NCBI RefSeq assembly: GCF_019464535.1
Contig: NZ_CP080507.1
Location: 2,280,001 to 2,312,000, forward strand
Direction: 5' to 3'
DNA length: 32,000 nt
Source of the DNA: Horticoccus luteus
GTDB lineage: Bacteria; Verrucomicrobiota; Verrucomicrobiia; Opitutales; Opitutaceae
The position numbers and the translations under genes are program-made. This document shows, piece after piece, positions 1 through 8,491 of the stretch. How positions within the stretch are numbered: the stretch's first letter is position 1; each line of letters starts with the position of its first letter. Under the pieces are notes generated by a model, which saw only the letters and a program-made list of their open reading frames with translations, ran no database searches and was not told where the DNA came from.

Positions 1-180
1 GGAAAGCGCGGAGTTACGGCACCCGCCACATTTCGCGCGCCTACTCCGGCGACTGCAGGCTTGCAGTCCGGATTCGACATTCGCTTTTTGGCGGAGGAAA
101 TCACCCGCCGGCCACCTTTTCGCCCCCCGCATATATTCCGCATGGCCATTTTCCGCCTCCCTTCCCAACCTGCCGCTTCG

Positions 181-2706
181 ATGATTTTTCGGCAGCTGGC
201 TTTGTGGCTCACAGGACTGGCTCTGGTCGCGACGTCCTGGGGACGCGAGTCGCTCCCCGTCATCCGCTTTGGCGTCCCGCGCGATGCCGCGCCCTTGTGT
301 TTCATCGATGAGAACGGCCAGCCCAAAGGTTTCACCCCTGATCTCTTGGCCGCGGTCGCCAAAGCGGGCGGCTTCAAGGCCGAGTATGAGGTCAACTGGT
401 GGAGCACGAACATCGTTTCATTCCAAGCCGGGAAAGTCGACGCGCTCACCACCATCAGCAGCACGGATCCAGATCTGGAGAACCATGCCTATTCCATCAT
501 CACGGCCACCATTCGCGGCGTGACGTATTCGCGCCCGGACCGGCCGCCCTTGCTCCGGACTTCGGATTTCAAGGGTAAAACCCTCGGAGCGATGCTCGGC
601 ACCACGGCCCTCGCTCATGCGCTGCAACACCCCGAATGGGGCGCCACGATCGTCCAATACAAGTCGCCGGACGACATCCTCCGCGACACGGCCGAAGGCA
701 AGTGCGATGCGGCCCTTTTCACGAGCGTCCTTTCCCTCCGCGTCGGCAACACCCACGGACTGCGCAAGGTGTTCGTCGAAGATCTGGTCCACAACTACCA
801 CGTGGTTTTTCACAAGCGCGACGCCGCCCTCCTCGCGCGCTTCAATGAAGGCCTCGCGACGATTTTGCACAACGGCACTTACGACCACATCTTCGCGAAG
901 TGGATCGGGCCGGTGGAGCCGCGACCCATCCGGCTGGCCGATCTGCGTCCTTACGCCGTTCCGCTCATCAGTTTGATCGTCGTGGTGGCCGTGATTTTTT
1001 TGTGGCAACGCCGGACGCTCCGGCACATCGCCCGGCACGCCGAGGCGTTGCGCCTGAGTCGGGTCGAACTGGAAGACGCCAACGGGAAACTCGAAGCTGC
1101 GATCGCACGCGCGGAGACCATGGCCGCCCAAGCGGAACTAGCCAGCCAGGCCAAAGGCAGTTTTCTGGCCATGATGAGCCACGAAATCCGCACCCCCATG
1201 AACGGCGTGATTGGCATGGTGGGCCTTCTGCTCGATACGCCGCTTACGCCCGAACAGCGGTTCTTCGTTTCCACCGCCCGCCACAGCGCCGAGTCCCTCC
1301 TCGCGATCATCAACGACATCCTTGATTTCTCGAAAATCGAGGCCGGCCAGTTGCAGTTCGATGCCCAGCCCTTCGACCTTCGCGAAGTGGCCGAAGGCGC
1401 GCTGGCAACGATGGCCGAATCCGCGCAGGCCAAGAATCTCGAACTGCTCCACACCATCGACGCCAACGTGCCCGCCGGCCTGGTCGGCGATGCCGGACGG
1501 CTCAATCAAATCCTCATCAACCTCGTCGGCAACGCGGTGAAGTTCACCTCGCACGGCGAAATCACCCTCGAAATCACCCAAGTCGAATCGCATGACGGCC
1601 GCGCGCGTCTGCGTTTCGCGGTGCGCGACACCGGCATCGGCCTGCTGCCCGAGGAACGCGCCCGGCTCTTTCAACCCTTCACGCAAGCCTCCTCCGGCAC
1701 CACGCGGAAATACGGCGGCACCGGGTTGGGCCTCGCGATTTGCAAGCAACTCGTCGAGCGAATGAACGGCCAGATCGGAGTCGAAAGCGCCCCCGATCAA
1801 GGCTCCACGTTCTGGTTTCTCATCGATCTGCCCGTCGCCGATCCCACGGCCCCCGCGCTGGACAAATTCCACGGCCAACGCACGCTGGTCGTGTCCGCCA
1901 ACGCCGCCGCCCGCGCCCATTTTCGCGCGCAACTGGAATCCTGGGGGCTCGACGTGACGGACGCGCCCGACGGCGAACGCGGCCTCGAGACCTTGCGCGA
2001 AGCCGCCACCGCCGCGCATTCCTTCGCCCTCGTGATCACCGACCTCGATCTTCCCGCGATGTCCGGAGCAGACCTCGCCGCCGCCATCCACCGGGAGCCC
2101 GAGCTTCATCAACCCGGCGTCGTCCTGCTCACGCCCGTCGCCCGCAGCTTCAAACGGACAGAACTGGAAAACACCGGCATCCACCACGCGCTCACGAAAC
2201 CGGTGCGCACCCTCGGCCTGCACAACACGCTGAGTGCGCTGCTGCAGACCGGCGTCGCGCCGCCAGAACGCGAATTGGCCCCCTCGGCTCCCGTCGCCGA
2301 TTTCAGCTCGATGCGTTTCCTGATCGCCGAGGACAATGCCGTTAATCGCAACGTCGTGCAGATGCAGCTGCGTCGGCACGGGTGCGACTGCGTGCTCGTC
2401 GACGACGGTTTTGCCGCCGTCAACGCCGTGCAAGAAGGACACTTCGACGGCATCCTCATGGACTGTGAAATGCCCGGCATGGATGGCTTTGAAGCCACGC
2501 GGAAAATCCGGGAACTGGAAGCCGCCCGCCGGAGCCGCGGCGAATTGGTCAAGGCGATTCCCATCATCGCGCTCACCGCGAAAGCCATGAGCGGCGACCG
2601 CGAAGCCTGCCTCGCCGCCGGAATGAACGACTACCTCAGCAAGCCGCTGCGCGCGACCGAACTCATCGCCGCGCTCACCCGCGTGCGACTCTCGTTAGGT
2701 CGCTGA
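181..2706 (+). CDS. Hybrid sensor histidine kinase / response regulator with periplasmic solute-binding (type 3 SBP-like) sensor domain
   Basis: Track ORF 61..2706. Preferred start is ATG 181: [21 protein letters not shown] looks like a signal/TM segment, and the CCCAACCT leader motif lies 9 nt upstream. ATG 142 and TTG 61 are in-frame alternatives. The periplasmic domain resembles amino-acid-binding SBPs. It is followed by a TM segment ([14 protein letters not shown]) and a coiled coil. Kinase motifs present: H-box [14 protein letters not shown]-box [11 protein letters not shown]-boxes DTGIGL and [10 protein letters not shown] degenerate receiver-like domain is followed by a canonical receiver (IAEDN ... 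[10 protein letters not shown] ... LSKP). Confidence 0.88.
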   Translation: MIFRQLALWLTGLALVATSWGRESLPVIRFGVPRDAAPLCFIDENGQPKGFTPDLLAAVAKAGGFKAEYEVNWWSTNIVSFQAGKVDALTTISSTDPDLENHAYSIITATIRGVTYSRPDRPPLLRTSDFKGKTLGAMLGTTALAHALQHPEWGATIVQYKSPDDILRDTAEGKCDAALFTSVLSLRVGNTHGLRKVFVEDLVHNYHVVFHKRDAALLARFNEGLATILHNGTYDHIFAKWIGPVEPRPIRLADLRPYAVPLISLIVVVAVIFLWQRRTLRHIARHAEALRLSRVELEDANGKLEAAIARAETMAAQAELASQAKGSFLAMMSHEIRTPMNGVIGMVGLLLDTPLTPEQRFFVSTARHSAESLLAIINDILDFSKIEAGQLQFDAQPFDLREVAEGALATMAESAQAKNLELLHTIDANVPAGLVGDAGRLNQILINLVGNAVKFTSHGEITLEITQVESHDGRARLRFAVRDTGIGLLPEERARLFQPFTQASSGTTRKYGGTGLGLAICKQLVERMNGQIGVESAPDQGSTFWFLIDLPVADPTAPALDKFHGQRTLVVSANAAARAHFRAQLESWGLDVTDAPDGERGLETLREAATAAHSFALVITDLDLPAMSGADLAAAIHREPELHQPGVVLLTPVARSFKRTELENTGIHHALTKPVRTLGLHNTLSALLQTGVAPPERELAPSAPVADFSSMRFLIAEDNAVNRNVVQMQLRRHGCDCVLVDDGFAAVNAVQEGHFDGILMDCEMPGMDGFEATRKIRELEAARRSRGELVKAIPIIALTAKAMSGDREACLAAGMNDYLSKPLRATELIAALTRVRLSLGR

Positions 2707-2722
2707 CCCCGTTGCTCGCGCC

Positions 2723-4165
2723 CTACTCGGCCGGCCCGAGGTAAAGCCCGTCGACCACCGCCGGCCGCGGCGACAGCTTCGACCACGCGGCGACAAACGC
2801 CTGCTCATCGTCGGCGAACAGCGGGGAGATCTCGAAAACCACCTTCGGCAGCCCCGACTCGTCAGTCGCCACCGGCGTGCCCGCGGCTTTGAGCCAGCGC
2901 GCCCATTGCCGCAACTGATCGTTGCGACAAGACTCCGGCGAATCGACGCCCTCGGCGTTTTTCACTGGCGAAAAATCGTCCGCCCGGCGCGTCTCGATCA
3001 CGAGCGGATCGCGCGCAAACGGCAGCGCATCGAAGACGAACAATTCGAACTTCACGCCGTTGGGCTTTTCCGGTTTCACCGGTTGCCCCGCCGCATCGAT
3101 CGTGGCGATTTTTTTATTCGCCCGGTGAAAAGGGAGCTCTCCATCACTCCCACTCGCCGGACGCGCCATGCGCCGGGCAAACTCGCGGTCGATCACGTGG
3201 ATCGCGATGCTCCCCGCTACAAACCGCAACTGGCCGGTCGCCGGATCGGTCTCGCGTTGCAGGCTCATCGGCAGATCCGAGTATTCGATCACCACGAGCC
3301 GGCCATCCTGCACGCAGAAATGGCCCAATTTCTCCTCGGGATACGCTTTCGGCACCATCTTGCTCGACATCTCCGAGCCGCGCTGCCGGTGCCAGCCGAT
3401 GAACGTCGGATCGATGCAGTGCACGAGCGGATTATCGACCTGGAAATAACTCAGCGTGTCGATGCCCTCGCTCGCCATCACGTCGAGCGCACCGCTCCGT
3501 TCGAGCGCGCGCATCGAACCGCCATGGCCATCGGGCGACATCGCAATCGTCGATTTGCCTTCGAGCAAAATCTTCCCGTCGAGGTCCACGGCCGGCATCC
3601 GGCCCTGCCGGAAAAAATGCACGCGGGCCGCGTCGAGTCCGAAGTGACGATGCTCCGTGAAAAACGCCTCCGTCGCCGCGTGGTTCTGGTGACTCGTCAT
3701 GATGAACCAGTGCAACGGCCGGCCATACCGCTCCCCGGCCGCGCGCAACTTCTCGGCGAAAACCTGAAACAGCGGCTTTTGCTTCACCGGCGTCACCGGG
3801 AACGTGCCCTTGGGTCCATCGTATCCCAGCCGCGTGCCTTGCCCGCCCGCGACCGTAAACGCCGCCACCCGACCGGCGCGCAACGCCGCCTCACCCTCAC
3901 GCCGCGCCGCGGCCCACGCCACAGGATCGCCCCCGTGTTCCGGCAGCGCTTCGTAAGGCGCCGGCGCGAGGTGCTCCAGCGAGACCACCGGCGCCGCACC
4001 GTCCGTCCGCACCAGCGTGCGGTTCAACCGCTCGACTTCCGCCAGATCGATCTCCGCTGCTTCCGCCAGCAGCTTTTGCTGTGCGTCGGGCCCGAGTTCG
4101 GGGAAAAATGCAAACACGTGCCCCTGCCCCGCTCGGGTAAAGGCGTCGATGATGGATTGGCTCAT
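2723..4165 (-). CDS. UDP-N-acetylhexosamine / UDP-sugar pyrophosphorylase, eukaryote-type UDPGP (UAP1-like) family
   Basis: 480-aa ORF. The N-terminus (AGQGHVFAFFPEL...QQKLL...IDL) and the nucleotide-binding loop (FTVAGGQGTRLGYDGPKGTF) are typical of the UAP1/UDPGP family. The start ATG overlaps the stop of the upstream FtsB-like gene (ATGA at 4162..4165). Confidence 0.8.
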   Translation of the reverse strand: MSQSIIDAFTRAGQGHVFAFFPELGPDAQQKLLAEAAEIDLAEVERLNRTLVRTDGAAPVVSLEHLAPAPYEALPEHGGDPVAWAAARREGEAALRAGRVAAFTVAGGQGTRLGYDGPKGTFPVTPVKQKPLFQVFAEKLRAAGERYGRPLHWFIMTSHQNHAATEAFFTEHRHFGLDAARVHFFRQGRMPAVDLDGKILLEGKSTIAMSPDGHGGSMRALERSGALDVMASEGIDTLSYFQVDNPLVHCIDPTFIGWHRQRGSEMSSKMVPKAYPEEKLGHFCVQDGRLVVIEYSDLPMSLQRETDPATGQLRFVAGSIAIHVIDREFARRMARPASGSDGELPFHRANKKIATIDAAGQPVKPEKPNGVKFELFVFDALPFARDPLVIETRRADDFSPVKNAEGVDSPESCRNDQLRQWARWLKAAGTPVATDESGLPKVVFEISPLFADDEQAFVAAWSKLSPRPAVVDGLYLGPAE

Positions 4166-4443
4166 GGCGGAAAACGGAAGATGTATTCGTCGGGCTTCGC
4201 GTAGCCGAGCTGCTGGCGGATGACTTTCTCCACGTAAGCCGGATCGGTGCGCAGTCGCTCCAATACTTTTTCCTGCTCCGCGAGCCTTTGTTCCAAATCC
4301 TGCAACCGCCGCTGACTCTCCACTTGCTGCTGACGCAACCGGTCATACTCCGCGCGGGTCTGCCAGAAAAACACGCCCGCCGCCGCCGCCAGCGCAAAAA
4401 AAGCGCCCAGATAAACGGTAAAAATGAAGCGACGAAGGTTCAC
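4162..4443 (-). CDS. ftsB: Septum formation initiator family protein (FtsB/DivIC-like)
   Basis: This is the C-terminal 93 codons of track ORF 4162..4632. It has one TM helix (FIFTVYLGAFFALAAAAGVFFW), a Q/E/R-rich coiled coil, and the conserved tail DPAYVEKVIRQQLGYAKPDEYIFRF. Preferred start is GTG 4443. The upstream Arg-rich extension lies in low-GC, intergenic-looking DNA. ATG 4542 is the alternative start. Confidence 0.65.
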   Translation of the reverse strand: MNLRRFIFTVYLGAFFALAAAAGVFFWQTRAEYDRLRQQQVESQRRLQDLEQRLAEQEKVLERLRTDPAYVEKVIRQQLGYAKPDEYIFRFPP

Positions 4444-4649
4444 GACTGGCCGGCAGATAAACGGTCGCAGATTTGCGCAAGCAATTCTTTTTGGACCCCG
4501 CCCGCGAGCCGCAGCGTGACGACGCTCACTCGCTCTGCGCATTTTTTTGCGCGCCCCAATAATCAAAACTGTATCTGCTTCCCCGGCCGCTCGCGCACCC
4601 CGACCGGGCGCATGCGTGCCGCTTAGCCCCAACCTCCTTCCCGTCCTCC

Positions 4650-5192
4650 ATGATCACCCGTCACGAGCTCACGCAACGTCAGACCGAAGCCCTCGCCTAT
4701 TTTCAACGCGCCGGCGCCTTCATCACTCCCGCCGAGCAGCTCCGCATCGAAATCGCGGACTTTGGCCTCAGCGACTTCGCCCACTCCGGCCTCGGTCTGC
4801 TCGTTTACGTCAATACGGCGCGCTGTTGCGCGAAAGACCTCATTCTCTGGCCCCGGCAAACGTGTCCCGAACACAAACACCCCTCCCTCGGAGGCACGCC
4901 GGGCAAAGAGGAAACGTTTCGCTGCCGCTGGGGCAAAGTTTACCTCTACGTCGAAGGGCCGCCCGCACCGCAGCCGTCATGTCGGCCTCCTCCTGATCGT
5001 GCGGCCACTTACACCGTTTGGCACGAAATCGCACTCTCGCCCGGCGAACAATACACGATCCAGCCCGATACCCTGCACTGGTTCCAAGCCGGTGAGCTGG
5101 GCGCAGTGGTCTCCGAATTCTCGACGCACAGCGCAGACGAGCACGACATTTTCACCGATCCCGCCATCGGTCGCGCCACCAAAATCGCCTGA
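4650..5192 (+). CDS. D-lyxose/D-mannose ketol-isomerase-like cupin (YdaE family)
   Basis: 180-aa ORF with the cupin metal-site region CPEHKHP and the family-typical block ETFRCRWGKVYLYVEG. The N-terminal IEIADFGL motif also matches. Confidence 0.72.
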   Translation: MITRHELTQRQTEALAYFQRAGAFITPAEQLRIEIADFGLSDFAHSGLGLLVYVNTARCCAKDLILWPRQTCPEHKHPSLGGTPGKEETFRCRWGKVYLYVEGPPAPQPSCRPPPDRAATYTVWHEIALSPGEQYTIQPDTLHWFQAGELGAVVSEFSTHSADEHDIFTDPAIGRATKIA

Positions 5193-5207
5193 CCGCACGC
5201 GCCGCGC

Positions 5208-5501
5208 TTACTTCTCCCAGTTGATTTTCTCCATCGTCCGCGCCAACGCGACATCCTTTGCGGTCACCTTGTCGCCCGCATCGTGGGTGTTGAGGCGAAT
5301 GGTCAACCGATTGTAAACGTTGGTCCATTCCGGGTGGTGATTCATGGCCTCCGCCTCGAATCCCGCGCGCACCATGAATGACATCGCCGCCCGAAAACTG
5401 CCAAACGTGATCGTCTTCGTCAGGGCATCGCCCTCGATTTTCCAACCAGGCAAGTCTTTCAATGCCGTTTGCACGTCCGCTGAGCTCAAGGGTGTGTTCA
5501 T
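5208..5501 (-). CDS. phhB: 4a-hydroxytetrahydrobiopterin dehydratase (pterin-4-alpha-carbinolamine dehydratase)
   Basis: 97-aa ORF of typical PCD size. It has the LPGWKIEGDALTK ... F.F..F..A..F....A..AE...HHPEW..VYN.L.I.L.TH pattern. Confidence 0.9.
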   Translation of the reverse strand: MNTPLSSADVQTALKDLPGWKIEGDALTKTITFGSFRAAMSFMVRAGFEAEAMNHHPEWTNVYNRLTIRLNTHDAGDKVTAKDVALARTMEKINWEK

Positions 5502-5609
5502 GTGGTCACGTTCGCCACGGCGAGTCTCCCGTCAAATGCCACGCTCCGTCTGCGCGCCGCTTCGCGCCTTGTCAAAGCCCGGTGCCACGCCCTAACTGAC
5601 CGCTCGCGC

Positions 5610-6386
5610 ATGCCTCCTGACCGTCCTGACTCCGCCCGGCCCTCCCCGCCCGACGCCGGCCGCATCCCGCAGCACATCGCTATCATCATGGATGGCAACG
5701 GTCGCTGGGCCAAACAGCGCGGCCTCCCCCGCATCGAAGGCCATCGCCGCGGCGTCGAGACCGTGCGCACCATCACCTTCGCCGCCCGCGATCTCGGCGT
5801 GCGCATGCTGACCCTCTACGCATTCTCCGCCGAAAACTGGCGCCGCCCGCAGGACGAGGTCGGCGCGTTGATGATGCTGCTCGAATTCTATCTGAAACGC
5901 GAACTCGCCAACTTCATCGCGAACCGCGTGCGCCTGCGCACCATCGGCCGCACCGAAGAACTGCCTCCGGGCGTGCGCACCGTCCTCGCTCACGCGGTGG
6001 AGCAAACCAAACACTTCTCGGACTATACGCTGGTGCTGGCTCTCAACTACGGCTCCCGTTCCGAAGTGATGGATGCCGCGCGCGCCTACGCCGCCGCCAT
6101 CGCCGCCGGCCGCGAGAAACTCAACGACGACTCATGGTCGACCTTCAGTCGCTACCTTTACTCCGCGGATCTGCCGGATCCCGATCTCGTGATCCGCACC
6201 TCCGGCGAGACGCGCCTGAGCAATTTCCTTCTCCTGCAAGCCGCGTATTCGGAGCTCATTTTCACCCCCGTGCTCTGGCCCGACTTCAGCAAGACCGACC
6301 TCGCTGCCGCCGTCGATGAGTATGGCCGCCGCGAACGCCGCTACGGCCGCACGAGCGAGCAGCTCTCTCCCGCCGCTTCGAAATAA
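5610..6386 (+). CDS. uppS: Di-trans,poly-cis-undecaprenyl-diphosphate synthase (isoprenyl transferase)
   Basis: Track ORF 5502..6386. Preferred start is ATG 5610 (MPPDRPD...). Motifs HIAIIMDGNGRWAK, LTLYAFSAENWRRP and IRTSGETRLSNFLLLQ are present. Confidence 0.92.
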   Translation: MPPDRPDSARPSPPDAGRIPQHIAIIMDGNGRWAKQRGLPRIEGHRRGVETVRTITFAARDLGVRMLTLYAFSAENWRRPQDEVGALMMLLEFYLKRELANFIANRVRLRTIGRTEELPPGVRTVLAHAVEQTKHFSDYTLVLALNYGSRSEVMDAARAYAAAIAAGREKLNDDSWSTFSRYLYSADLPDPDLVIRTSGETRLSNFLLLQAAYSELIFTPVLWPDFSKTDLAAAVDEYGRRERRYGRTSEQLSPAASK

Positions 6387-6404
6387 ACGCCACCCTCCCC
6401 GCTC

Positions 6405-7235
6405 ATGGCCAAACGCATCGTCAGCACCGTCCTTCTCTGGCTGTTCGTTTTCGGCGTGCTCTGGTGGTTTCGCACCGGCGGCGCCCTGCTCCTGATCGCG
6501 CTCCTGTCCGTCCTCACGCTGCGTGAGTTTTATCAGTTGCTCGCCGGCGCGGGCCAAAAACCCTTCGTCAAACTCGGCCTGGTCTTCGGCCTGCTCATCA
6601 CGCTCGCGCCATGGCTGGAGTTGCGCTTCGCCCTGCCCTTCGAACACACGCTCGCCGCCGCCGTCATCGTCTTCGCGATTCGCATCCTCGGCGAACGCGA
6701 CGCCACCCAGCGCGTCGAAGCGCTCGGCGCGACCCTCTTCGGCCTCGTTTACGTGGCGTTGATGTTCCAATACCTCGTCCGCATCGTCCTGCCGTTGCCC
6801 GGCGACACCGTGGGCGCCACCGGCCGCTTGCTCCTCTTTCTCTGGCTCGTCGCCGTCGCAAAGTTCTGCGATGTGGGCGCGCTCCTCAGCGGCATGGCGT
6901 TCGGCCGGCACAAAATGTCGCCCGGGATCAGCCCCAAGAAAACCTGGGAAGGCGCGATCGGCGGCGTCATCATCGCGATGGGCGTCGGCGCCTTTGTCGC
7001 CTGGCTCGCCCGCGACTACTTCCCGCCGCGCATGACCCCGCTTCACGCCGCCCTTTTCGCCGCCCCCCTTGCCGTTGTCGGCATTGTCTCGGATCTCGTG
7101 GAATCCGTCATCAAACGCCGCGCGGCCATCAAGGACTCCGGTTCTGTCATCCCCGGCATCGGCGGGATGTTCGACGTCAGCGACAGTCTTATCCTCACGG
7201 CGCCGCTCGGTTACCTGCTTTTCGGACTGCGCTAA
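6405..7235 (+). CDS. cdsA: Phosphatidate cytidylyltransferase (CDP-diglyceride synthase)
   Basis: 276-aa polytopic membrane ORF with the CdsA signature SPKKTWEGAIGG ... SVIKRRAAIKDSGSVIPGIGGMFD. It sits in the conserved position between uppS and dxr. Confidence 0.92.
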   Translation: MAKRIVSTVLLWLFVFGVLWWFRTGGALLLIALLSVLTLREFYQLLAGAGQKPFVKLGLVFGLLITLAPWLELRFALPFEHTLAAAVIVFAIRILGERDATQRVEALGATLFGLVYVALMFQYLVRIVLPLPGDTVGATGRLLLFLWLVAVAKFCDVGALLSGMAFGRHKMSPGISPKKTWEGAIGGVIIAMGVGAFVAWLARDYFPPRMTPLHAALFAAPLAVVGIVSDLVESVIKRRAAIKDSGSVIPGIGGMFDVSDSLILTAPLGYLLFGLR

Positions 7236-7238
7236 AAT

Positions 7239-7289
7239 CGTTCTCGTTCTCTCTGCCGTTCTTCGTTCTCTGGACGTTCACCCGGAACG
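7239..7289 (+). repeat. CGTTCT short direct-repeat array ending in a CGTTC/GAACG hairpin that abuts the dxr start codon
   Basis: CGTTCT occurs at 7239-7244, 7245-7250, 7257-7262 and 7264-7269. CGTTC at 7275-7279 pairs with GAACG at 7285-7289 across a 5-nt loop. The ATG of dxr is at 7290. Confidence 0.6.
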
Positions 7290-8486
7290 ATGGGCTCCAC
7301 TTCACCTTCTCCCCCGCGCAAAAAGCGCCTCGTCCTCCTCGGCGCCACTGGCTCCATCGGCACGAACACGCTCCGCGTCCTCCGCGCCCATCCCGACAAG
7401 CTCGAACTCGTCGGCATCGCCGGTCATAGCAACTGGGCCAAACTCGCCGCCATCGCCACGGAGTTTCGTGTGCCCCACGTCGGCATCTTTGACGACGCCA
7501 GCTTCAACACCGCCCGCGCCGAGATTTCCGCGTTTCCCGCCGGCACCGCCCTCCATCACGGTCTCGACGGCCTGAACGCCCTCGCGACCCTGCCTGACGC
7601 CGATGTCGTCCTCGTCGCCGTCGTCGGCACCACCGGCTTGGCGCCCGCGCTTGCCGCCTTGGCCGCCGGCAAGGATCTCGCCCTCGCCTCCAAGGAAATT
7701 CTCGTCCTCGCCGGCAAGTTCGTCATGGCCGCCGCCCGCGAACACGGCGCCGCGCTCCTCCCCGTCGACAGCGAACACAACGCCGTTTTTCAATGCCTCG
7801 CCGGCCATCCGGGATCCGCCGTGCGCCGCATTGTGCTCACCGCTTCCGGCGGCGCATTTCGCGATTGGCCCGCGGATCAACTCGCCCGTGCCACTCCTGC
7901 CGACGCCTTGCGCCATCCCAACTGGTCGATGGGCCCCAAGATCACCGTCGATTCCGCCACCCTCGCCAACAAGGGCCTGGAGCTCATGGAGGCCAAGTGG
8001 CTCTTCAACCTGCAACCCGCGCAATGTCAGGCCGTCCTGCATGCGCAAAGCATCGTCCATTGCCTCGTCGAGTTTTTCGACGGCACCATGCTCGCCCAGC
8101 TTTCGCCGCCTTCGATGACGTTTCCCATCCAGCATGCCCTGCTGCACCCGGAGCGTCGCGCCGGCGTCGAACCGCCCCTCGATCTCGCCCGCCTGTTTTC
8201 CCTGGATTTCCGTCCGGTGGATGAATCCCGTTTCCCCCTTTTGCGGATCGCCCGCGAGGCGATGGAAGCCGGTGGCGTTGCTCCCGCCGTTTATAATGCG
8301 GCCAATGAAATCGCAGTCGCCGCGTTCCTCCAAGGTCGCATTCCCTTCCTTGCGATTCCCCCGGTCGTTGAGCAATCTCTGGGGTTAATCTCACCCGCCG
8401 ACCCGGTTGACCTCGCCAGTGTGCTCGCCGTCGACGCCGACGCGCGCCGCATCGCCGCCGAGCAACTGCGCCGGTATTCCCTCTGA
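7290..8486 (+). CDS. dxr: 1-deoxy-D-xylulose-5-phosphate reductoisomerase
   Basis: 398-aa ORF with the NADPH loop LLGATGSIGTNTL and the DSEHNAVFQC, HPNWSMGPKITVDSATL and NAANE motifs. Confidence 0.95.
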   Translation: MGSTSPSPPRKKRLVLLGATGSIGTNTLRVLRAHPDKLELVGIAGHSNWAKLAAIATEFRVPHVGIFDDASFNTARAEISAFPAGTALHHGLDGLNALATLPDADVVLVAVVGTTGLAPALAALAAGKDLALASKEILVLAGKFVMAAAREHGAALLPVDSEHNAVFQCLAGHPGSAVRRIVLTASGGAFRDWPADQLARATPADALRHPNWSMGPKITVDSATLANKGLELMEAKWLFNLQPAQCQAVLHAQSIVHCLVEFFDGTMLAQLSPPSMTFPIQHALLHPERRAGVEPPLDLARLFSLDFRPVDESRFPLLRIAREAMEAGGVAPAVYNAANEIAVAAFLQGRIPFLAIPPVVEQSLGLISPADPVDLASVLAVDADARRIAAEQLRRYSL

Positions 8487-8491
8487 ACATC

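Noticed and set aside
61-180. N-terminal extensions of track ORFs: kinase 61..180, uppS 5502..5609, ispG 9864..9941, binding protein 19275..19337, deaminase 24748..24915, aminopeptidase 25866..25940, aminotransferase 27243..27293, FtsB-like 4444..4632.
   Set aside because: The extensions are Arg/Pro-rich or overlap neighbouring genes or intergenic-looking DNA. Internal starts give family-typical N-termini, signal peptides or ATGA coupling. The start choices remain predictions.
1138-2442. 434-aa minus-strand ORF and several plus off-frame ORFs inside the histidine kinase gene.
   Set aside because: They are antisense or off-frame to a gene with intact H, N and G boxes and a receiver domain, and they have no domain signatures of their own.
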